Below are positions 1 through 8,288 of a stretch of 20,000 nt of DNA, piece after piece; positions within the stretch are counted from its first letter, which is position 1; the number at the start of each line of letters is the position of its first letter. This DNA is from Patellaria atrata CBS 101060 (Eukaryota). The stretch covers positions 270,560 to 290,559 of the forward strand of contig MU006115.1 in the NCBI GenBank assembly GCA_010093705.1. The letters are read 5' to 3'. Below the pieces are notes generated by a model, which worked only from the letters and a program-made list of their open reading frames with translations, was not told the origin of the DNA and made no database searches. The position numbers and the translations under genes are program-made.

Positions 1-182
1 TAGCGGGTTTACTTATATTTAGCTTAATTATATTATTAGGAAATTTCGTTAGCTAATAAGACTATTTAAACTTATAACTATTATTTATAATTTTCTCTTT
101 TTCTTAACTTAATCTCTTTACTTAGTAGTAGTTATATATAGTTAATATTAATAGATTAGCTCTTAGCACTATAGATATTATA
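1..182 (+). repeat. Element B 5' LTR (truncated by window start, ~42 bp missing)
   Basis: Colinear, equal-length match to 13665-13846 with mostly transition differences. Ends TATTATA. Confidence 0.92.
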
Positions 183-901
183 TTAAATTAAGTTTAATAT
201 AATTATAGCCTTTAAAAAGGCGATATAATATTCTAATCGAAACGCGATATTAGTCTAGTTAATAACTAATCACGAATAATTAAAATATTAATAGATAGTC
301 GACTTTATTAATATAAAGAGAAAATAAGTATTAAGATTTATTAAAAAGTAAAGACTTATTATAATCACTTATAAAAAGTATTTATAAAGTAAGGAAGAGT
401 AAAAGTTAAAGATAACTAAATTTAATAATATTAAAGAGCTAAAAAGTAGAATAATCCACGATAACCCCTTAATAATAATATTAGAATAATAATAAAGTGA
501 TAAAAGAAAGTAGAGAAGCTCTAAATATTTAAAACGAAGTTTAATAATATCGTTAATAAGAATTATTACTAAGGAACTTATAGTAGATAATTTCTAATAA
601 ATATAGAATAATTTTAAGGATAATTTCGAAAGTAAAGTATAATATATAGAGATAACTATTAGTCTAAAAAAAATTCTTTATAATATAAAAGATATAATAG
701 AATAAACGGAGAAGAAACTATCCACGATTATAATAGAGTATATTAAGATAATACTATTTATAGTAACACGACACCTTTAAATTAAGAAGATTACCGACTT
801 ATATAATAAAATATAAAAGGATTTATAGTTAAAGATAGACGTTTTTAAGAAGAATAAGATAATTATTATAAACCTTTAAAATAAAGTTAAAATATTATAA
901 G

Positions 902-906
902 AATAA
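902..906 (+). repeat. Left target-site duplication AATAA of element A (right copy 8284-8288)
   Basis: Identical 5-mer immediately flanks both LTR termini. Confidence 0.92.
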
Positions 907-1452
907 TGTTACGGCCACAAGTTATAGAAGCATGAAGACCACGAGTGAGGGGAAGAAGGAACACCACTCGGAGGAACTACGGGTGAAACCCGTAGACGAC
1001 GGGTCACGTGACTTGGACGNNNNNNNNNNNNNNNNNNNNNNNNNNNNNNNNNNNNNNNNNNNNNNNNNNNNNNNNNNNNNNNNNNNNNNNNNNNNNNNNN
1101 NNNNNNNNNNNNNNNNNNNNNNNNNNNNNNNNNNNNNNNNNNNNNNNNNNNNNNNNNNNNNNNNNNNNNNNNNNNNNNNNNNNNNNNNNNNNNNNNNNNN
1201 NNNNNNNNNNNNNNNNNNNNNNNNNNNNNNNNNNNNNNNNNNNNNNNNNNNNNNNNNNNNNNNNNNNNNNNNNNNNNNNNNNNNNNNNNAAGGAGTCAGC
1301 AAGTTGTATCGTCAACTTGAAGTGCCTTTGTTATACGTATCCTATCACTTTGCCGAACCTACCTTTGTGGTTGACCACGTTAAGTGAGAAGCCAGGCGCG
1401 TTTCTAGACTTATCCAGTTCTGTCTCGATAAGTATAGACTCCCGTTGTAACA
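907..1452 (+). repeat. Element A 5' LTR (546 bp, internal 271 nt masked as N)
   Basis: TGTTAC...GTAACA inverted termini. Matches 7731-8283 with 7 differences over 275 comparable nt, all C/T or G/A transitions. Confidence 0.96.
1020..1290. other. Masked/unknown bases inside the 5' LTR (homologous run 7844-8108 in the 3' LTR)
   Basis: Both N runs start at the same LTR position (after GACTTGGACG), which suggests hard-masking rather than random assembly gaps. Confidence 0.7.
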
Positions 1453-1498
1453 TTATAACTACCACGCAGTAGGAAAGCGTATAACAGACCTAGACACG

Positions 1499-3541
1499 AT
1501 GTCGTCAGCCGCAGCCAACACGAAGACGGATAAAGAACATATCCAAGCGTTGTATAAACGCATCAGCGAACTCGAGAATGAGGGAACAGTCCAAGAACTT
1601 AGGGATCAGCTCGAACAACTTACCGTACAGTTGCTTTCACCACAAAAGCGAACCGCGAAAGTCAAAGAACCCGCACCATACGATGGCAAACGAGACGAGC
1701 TGAGAGGATTCTTAACCCAGGTGAGGATCTATCATAAAAGAATAGGGCTAACGGACGACAGTGAACGTGTACTCGATGCATCAGCGTACCTTAAAGGAGA
1801 CGCTTTGGAATGGTTCGAACCCATTGCACGAGACTATCTTGAGAACAGTGAAGAACACCAGGAAGACGAAACAGTGGAGATCTTCAAGTCGTTTCCAAAA
1901 TTCGAAGAAACGCTAAAGAACGTCTTTGGGGAAGTCGACGAACAACAGGCAGCAGAAAGAAAGCTTCAAGGACTCAGGCAGAAAGGGTCAGCTTCGAAGT
2001 ATACGACTACATTCCAGCAGGCAGCATCAACATTGGGTTGGCCTGATGAACCACTGATGATTGCTTTCTATCAAGGTTTGAAGGAAGAAGTAAAGGACGA
2101 GTGGGTTCATTATGAGAGACTAACGACCATGCAGGACGCAGTGACCTTAGCAGTTAGAATAGATAATAGGTTGTATGAGCGTAGACAGGAAAAGGGAGGA
2201 CGGAAGAATGTTATGGTTGGGTATAGAAAGAAGGTAACAAGGGCCATAAATAGACAAGATTAGGGAGACCCGATGGACCTCGACCGACTATAACAGACAA
2301 AACAAAAGAAGTCGAAGAAACAACGACAGTTCACCTAAGAAGAAAAAGAACGCTTCGCGAGCAGAGCGTGTCTACAATGCGGAGAGGTAGGACACTTCAA
2401 GAGAGACTGTCCACAAAAGGCACTATCACCCTCACGACACAACCGACGTATGCAACTCAGAGTCATGCACCTGACACCACCATCACCAGTCTCGTCACTC
2501 GAAGAAGAAGAGATTGAAGAAACGCCACTACCATACTAGACGGGGGTAAGTAGACCACCGACACCATTTCCAACAGCAGGGAACTGGCTAGGAGAGGAAA
2601 CACTCCGACAACGTTTAGACCATCAACAGTGTTGGGCGTGCGGAAACGTACACGCACACACAGCATCAGAATGCCCAGCACAGAATCAGGGTCAGAGGAT
2701 CAGAGTACAAACATCTAACGGACCAAGCCTCATATACCGGATTATGGAACAACAACGTCAGCTTGAACAAGAGTTCCGAGATTGGGAACCGATCGAACCC
2801 GAATCCGATGCCGACGTGATCGTCGAAGAACAACAATTGAACCTTGCACCAAGAGCAGAAGACTGTTTAGCCTTTCGATGGATGCAATGTAAAGAGGGTG
2901 ACTGTTTATACCATAAACAGCAGAGGGCTATAGCAAAGTTCAGGGACCGAGACCCTACACATATGCATTTACCTGAAAGCGAGTGCCAGGTAAAAGGGTG
3001 CAAAACACACGAAGGTGAAACGAAAACACTTGAAAAGAACCGAGGACTCGAACCACCAGTAGGCGACTGTGGAAAGTATGACAGTTTCAGTTACACGGAC
3101 AAACTGAAGTGCAGACGACATTACTAGGCGCTAATCCACGCAGAATGTGTAGTAGCAACGTGGGTAGATTGCGAATATAGCATAGATTGCTGGTACTATA
3201 GAGGATTAGAAGAAGAGTTCTATAAAGGAAAAGTGTTCCCATAGGAAACAGAAGGGTTTAGAGACGAAAGAGAAACCATCGAGCAAGCCACTAGATATGA
3301 CGCGATAGACTTTAGGCAATGCGCCATTAGAGGGATATGGTGCGATTACCATACCGCGCAAAGATGGAGAGCAGGAATCAAAAGTAACCTAAGTTATAAC
3401 GCAGTTATTAAACGAGAGTGTCGAGAATTGGAATACGAGGAACATCGTAAAGGTCCATATTACGACCGACACGACAGACTACACTAGACCGTGTGCGTAG
3501 AATCCGGTTGCCCGGTACATAGCTATGCAAAAAACTACTAA
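1499..3541 (+). pseudogene. gag: Element A gag (~680 aa): capsid domain, zinc knuckles, C-terminal Cys/His repeat array; 7 in-frame RIP-type stops
   Basis: Retrotransposon capsid motifs (EPAPYDGKRDELRGF, YLKGDALEWF, LRQKGSASKY, FYQGLKEEVKD) and GDPMDLD. CCHC knuckle CLQCGEVGHFKRDC at 2369-2410. The same frame continues through the 2744-3127 ORF to TAA 3539-3541. Internal stops at 2261, 2291, 2336, 2537, 3125, 3242 and 3485 are all TAG/TAA. Confidence 0.9.
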
Positions 3542-3587
3542 GCCACTCGAGATAGGAACGATCGAGAAGTATGGCTCCTAAGTTCCT
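3529..3587 (+). promoter_or_regulatory. Putative -1 programmed ribosomal frameshift signal (A_AAA_AAC plus downstream stem-loop/pseudoknot)
   Basis: Gag reads GCA AAA AAC TAC TAA and pol is in the -1 frame. AGCCA/TGGCT and CTCGA/TCGAG can pair starting 5 nt downstream. Loop AGGAAC (3554-3559) is complementary to GTTCCT (3582-3587). Confidence 0.8.
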
Positions 3588-6500
3588 TAGAACCCTACGA
3601 AGTAACGATAGAACGCTTTAGGTAGACGTTACCATACACGGCAAGAGAACGATAGCGCTAGTTGATAGTGGCGCCACCGATTCGTTCATCTCACCCCGAT
3701 GGGTAGAAAAGAAGAGTATACCTTACACGAAACTTGAAAATCCAGTCCCGTTGCGACTAGGAAATGGCGAAGGAACAGGATATGGACGAGGTCTGATTAA
3801 CTTTAGGACCATACCGGTAGAAGTCAACGTACAAGGGAAGGTAACTACTCAGCGCATCCCTATAACCGACCTGGGAGATGTAGATATGATTCTAGGGATG
3901 GACTGGTTGTAAACAGTGAACCTAGATATTGACTGGAAGACGAGAAGTATCTAGATTGACCAAGACACCTCACGAAAGGATAGAGTCAAGCGAACAGAAC
4001 GTACTAAGTAGACGGACGCTAGCATATCCGTAGGACGTATTTCGCACTACAAGATAATGAAGATCTATAGAAACAAATCTAAGAGCGTAGGAGCAGTATA
4101 GCTTAGGAAAATAGACGCTAAGAAGGTTTCCGAAGAACCTAAGATACCCGAAGAGTATAGCGAGTTCAAAGATTTGTTTAAGGAAGATATAGCGACTATA
4201 CTTCCGGATCACTAGACGTGGGATTATGAAATAGTGCTAAAGGAGGGTGCGAAACTACGACCCGGTCCGATTTACCCGTTGACAAGAGAACAACATAAAG
4301 CACTCGAAGAGTATATCCGCACTAACTTAGAAAAGGGATATATACGACCTAGCGAAAGCCCGATAGCTTCACCAATTCTATTCGTACCAAAGAAGAATGG
4401 CAAGCTGAGATTATATGTCGACTATAGATAGCTAAACGATGCCACGGTCAAGAATAGATACCCATTGCCCTTAATCTCAGAAATCCAAGATAGGTTACAA
4501 GGAGTAAAATGGTTTACGAAATTCGATATCCGAGACGGTTACTATCGAATTAGAATGAAAGAAGGCGAAGAATGGAAGACAGCCATAAGAACGAGGTTCG
4601 GACTATACGAATATATAGTGATGCCGTTCGGCTTAACCAACGCCCCAGCAACGTTCTAAGCAGTGATTAATCACGCACTAAGAGAGTATTTGGACGTATT
4701 TGTAACTACTTACCTAGATGATATGCTAGTGTACACGAACGGAACACTCGAAGAGCATAGGGAGCATGTAAAGAAAGTATTAACGAAACTACGAGAAAAG
4801 AGACTCCTAGTACACCCAGACAAGTGTGAATTCCATGTTAAAGAAACGGAATTCCTAGGCTTCATCGTTACCACTGAAGGTATACGAGCAGACCCAAAAA
4901 AGATAGCCGCAATCCAAGATTGGCCGACGCCGAAGAACGTAAAGGACGTACAATCGTTCCTAGGTTTCGCGAACTACTATAGGAAGTTCATCCAGGGGTA
5001 CTCGAAGGTAATAACGCCGCTGTCAGAGTTAACAAAGAAGGAAAATACCTTTATTTGGATAGAAAAGGCCTAGGAAGCATTCGATGAACTTAAGAAGAAG
5101 TTCACCATAGCACCTATCTTAGTTATATTTGACCCAGAGAAATTGATAGTGCTAGAGACTAACGCATCTGATTATGCACTAGGTGCATGTATAAGTCAGC
5201 TAGATGAGAAAGGACGACTACACCCGGTAGCCTTTCATTCACGGAAATTCACGGCCGCAGAGCTAAATTACGACGTACACGACAAAGAATTGTTAGCAAT
5301 CGTCGACGCATTTGAACAGTGGAGGTCATACCTTGAAGGACCCAAGTTCACTGTAAAAGTTTGGTCAGACCATCAAAACCTGACAAACTTCCTCACAACA
5401 AAGAAGTTGAATCGAAGACAAGTAAGATAGGCAGAAACACTCGCATCTTTCAACTTCAAGATATTCCATAGACTAGGAGTCGAGAATAAACTAGCCGATG
5501 CTATAAGTAGAAGATCCGACTACCTAGAAGGAACAAAACCGGTACACGACGCGGTACTAAGGAAAGAAAACGACGCGATCACCTACAATCAGCCAAAATT
5601 AGCTACAATGCTAATAATCGAATCCACGAGAGAACAACAAATTCGTGATGCCTATCAGAAGGACAGCATGATAGAGGAGTTCCGAAAGGGTAGCGACCCT
5701 AGAGCAACACAAACAGCTCAAGGAACATGGCTATACGACGGGCTCGTATATGTGCCAATGACACTACGAAAGACTCTTACCAAAGAGATCCATGAAGCAC
5801 CAGCACATGGTCACCAAGGTATTGACAAAACCTTAGAAAGGATCCTAAGGAACTACTACTTTCCAGGGGTAAGAAGTACAGTGAAGAAAGTCATCTCAGA
5901 GTGTAATAACTACGCACGGAATAAAAGTGCAAAACATGCACCTTATGGACAGATGCAACACATTGAGCCACCAAAGCGAGCATGGGACTCAATAACGATG
6001 GACTTCATCACAGGTCTACCAGGATCCAAAGATCCAGCAACAGGAGTAGAGTATGACGCGATATTAGTTATCGTAGAGCGACTAACAAAGTTCACCTACT
6101 TCATACCAGCAAAGACGACGATGACAGCACCACAAGTAGCAGCATTAGTGATGAAAACAGTGCTAGCAAATCACCAGATACCGAGAGAGATTATCTCAGA
6201 TAGAGATAAACTGTTTAAATCAGCGTTTTGGCAGACTCTAGTACAGAGTTTAGGGGTAAACCATAAGCTATCAACGAGCTTTCACCCACAAACGGATGGC
6301 CAAACTGAGAGAATGAATCAATCTCTAGAGCAATACTTACGCAATTATATGAATTACCAGCAGAACAACTGGGTAGAGCTACTACCAATGGCACAATTCG
6401 CACACAACAGCGCGAAATCCGATACCACGAAGGTTTCACCCTTCTATGCGAACTATGGTTTCGAACCAGAAGCATATCGTGAGCCGAGAACAGTTCAGAG

Positions 6501-7032
6501 CATTTCACAAGAAGCAGCGTTAAAAGTCGAGCAAATCAAGGAACTGCACGCACAGCTATCACGAGACATAGCTTTCCAGACGACAAGAGCTGCGAAGTAC
6601 AGCAACCAGCATAGGTCGCTGGAACCGACCTTTAAAAGGGGGGACAAAGTTTACTTGTTACAGAAAAACCTCAAAACAAAACGACCTAACAAGAAACTAG
6701 ACCATAAGAAAATCGGCCCCTTTAGAATCAAACAGGTTAAAGGAAAAGTCAATTATGAGTTGGAATTACCACAAGGAATGAAGATACACCCAGTTTTCCA
6801 TATATCACTCCTAGAACCAGCACCTGCTAATGCCAAACTCCAAACACGACCCACAGAACTCGAGGAAGAAGATATCTACGAAGTAGAACGAATCTTGGAC
6901 CTACAACAAGTAGACGGTCAGTACAAGTACTTAGTAAAATGGAAAGGCTACGGACACGTAGATAACACGTGGGAACCACTCAAGCATTTGACGAACTGCG
7001 ATCAGAAACTTGAACAGTTTCATCGCCAAAAC
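3532..7032 (+). pseudogene. pol: Element A pol: protease, RT, RNase H, integrase, chromodomain; 11 in-frame RIP-type stops, no frameshifts (frame stays open beyond 7032)
   Basis: Protease ALVDSGATDSFIS (3655-3693). RT motifs [24 protein letters not shown] (4711-4722). RNase H motifs LET(D>N)ASDYALGA and YDVHDKELLAIV. Integrase motifs HEAPAHGH, TMDFIT, ISDRD, QTERMNQ and GPF. Chromodomain YEVERILD...YLVKWKGY...NTWEP from 6877. Confidence 0.95.
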
Positions 7033-7615
7033 CAGGGAATTCCAGACCCTCGAGGACAGAGAAATCCAAATCAGACCAACCGGAAAGAGACACAGCGGAA
7101 GGAGAAACGGGGGCGCCCGAGGAAGCTTGCTGTTTTTCAGCTTCTCGCTCCAAAGCCTCAAGTTCCTCGATGGAACCAAGCTCACGACGAGACATCTCCG
7201 CCTCCTTGCGTTCAAGCAAAAGGAGTCTACGACGGAGTCGTCGGGAATGAGCACGAGCAGCACGAATCGCTTCGTGTTAAGCACGAACTGCTTCTTGTTG
7301 AAGACGCATTGCCTCCAAAACCGCCTCTTCACGTAAACGGGCAGTCTCGTCCTCAGCCCTCTCCGCAGCGTCAAGCTCAGACCGAAGCTTCGCTTTTAAA
7401 GCGTCAAGCTTGTCCCAATCCTTTTGTGTCACCACGAGATCGCATTTGGTGCCACGAGCGAGACATTCGGAACAGAAACCTGAAGGGATATCGACAATGC
7501 AAGAACGGGAGGAACGACGACAGGAAGAACAAGGAGTCGGCATGGGACGACCGTGTAGAGCAACACGGGCAGCGTAGCGTCGACGACGGACTGGACGAGG
7601 TTCAGCTTTTGGCAT
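6980..7615 (-). pseudogene. Antisense accessory gene of element A: Zn(II)2Cys6 (Gal4-type) cluster, coiled coil and acidic tail, 211 codons, broken by one CAA>TAA RIP-type stop at 7277-7279
   Basis: ORFs 7277..7615 and 6980..7219 are in the same frame (57 nt apart, linker HEAIRAARAHSRRLRRRLL). CSSC-RRSSRS-C-IVDIPSGF-CSEC-LARGTK-C fits C-x2-C-x6-C-x8-C-x2-C-x6-C (7442-7531). Upstream TATAAAA and CT-rich leader. Confidence 0.85.
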
Positions 7616-7677
7616 CTCGGAAGAAAGGGAAGAGAGGTGCGTACGACTTAACAGATGGGCGACACGTCTATTTTATA
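7616..7677 (-). promoter_or_regulatory. Putative core promoter/leader of the antisense Zn-cluster gene
   Basis: Minus-strand TATAAAA at 7677-7671, about 60 nt upstream of the ATG. Pyrimidine tract CACCTCTCTTCCCTTTCTTCC directly before GAG-ATG (purine at -3). Confidence 0.6.
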
Positions 7678-7715
7678 CCCGAGCAAAAGAAACAAACTCT
7701 TGGGACAAGAGTCGT

Positions 7716-7730
7716 GAAGGGGGAGGATAG
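7716..7730 (+). other. Polypurine tract of element A
   Basis: GAAGGGGGAGGATAG immediately 5' of the 3' LTR TGTTAC. Confidence 0.9.
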
Positions 7731-8283
7731 TGTTACGGCCACAAGTTGTAGAAGCATGAAGACCACGAGTGAGGGGAAGAAGGAACACCACTCGGAGGAA
7801 CTACGGGTGAAACCCGTAGACGACGGGTCACGTGACTTGGACGNNNNNNNNNNNNNNNNNNNNNNNNNNNNNNNNNNNNNNNNNNNNNNNNNNNNNNNNN
7901 NNNNNNNNNNNNNNNNNNNNNNNNNNNNNNNNNNNNNNNNNNNNNNNNNNNNNNNNNNNNNNNNNNNNNNNNNNNNNNNNNNNNNNNNNNNNNNNNNNNN
8001 NNNNNNNNNNNNNNNNNNNNNNNNNNNNNNNNNNNNNNNNNNNNNNNNNNNNNNNNNNNNNNNNNNNNNNNNNNNNNNNNNNNNNNNNNNNNNNNNNNNN
8101 NNNNNNNNTCACCTGAAGTTAAGGAGTCAGCAAGTTGTATCGTCAACTTGAAGTGCCTTTGTTATACGTATCCTATCACTTTGCCGAACCTACCTTTGTG
8201 GTTAACCACGTTAAGTGAGAAGCCAGGCGCGTTTCTAGACTTATCTAGTTCCGTCTTAATAAGTATAGACTCCCGTTATAACA
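7731..8283 (+). repeat. Element A 3' LTR (553 bp, internal 265 nt masked as N)
   Basis: Direct repeat of 907-1452. Ends TATAACA (RIP form of TGTAACA) and is followed by TSD AATAA. Confidence 0.96.
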
Positions 8284-8288
8284 AATAA

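Larger units (their letters stand above)
907..8283 (+). mobile_element. Element A: full-length Ty3/Gypsy chromovirus LTR retrotransposon (7377 bp), lightly RIP-mutated
   Basis: Paired LTRs starting TGTTAC and ending (G/A)TAACA. 5-bp TSD AATAA at 902-906 and 8284-8288. Domain order gag-PR-RT-RNaseH-IN-chromodomain. PPT before the 3' LTR. GC content is much higher than in the flanks. Confidence 0.97.

Noticed and set aside
930..1000. Hammerhead ribozyme in the LTR (hairpins plus GAAA)
   Set aside because: No CUGANGA core in the right position (CATGAAGA only), and the GAAA sits at a hairpin apex. The masked part cannot be assessed.
922..1472. ORFs spanning the N runs (922..1302, 932..1387, 1004..1315, 1008..1472; also 7733..8146, 7828..8112, 7832..8116)
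   Set aside because: They are artefacts of stop-free N blocks inside the LTRs.
2463..4212. Minus-strand ORFs 2463..2681, 2758..3003 and 3970..4212
   Set aside because: Short shadows opposite gag/pol, with no motifs or promoter signals.
2261..5430. Programmed stop-codon readthrough in gag/pol
   Set aside because: Eighteen TAG/TAA stops, several at positions where Gln or Trp is expected, are explained by RIP transitions.
6215..7374. ORFs 6215..6508(-), 6931..7374(-) and 7010..7336(+)
   Set aside because: Alternative frames over the integrase and the Zn-cluster gene, with no recognisable domains.
7033..7730. env-like gene downstream of pol
   Set aside because: No signal peptide or transmembrane segment in the plus frame; the minus-strand Zn-cluster gene explains the region better.
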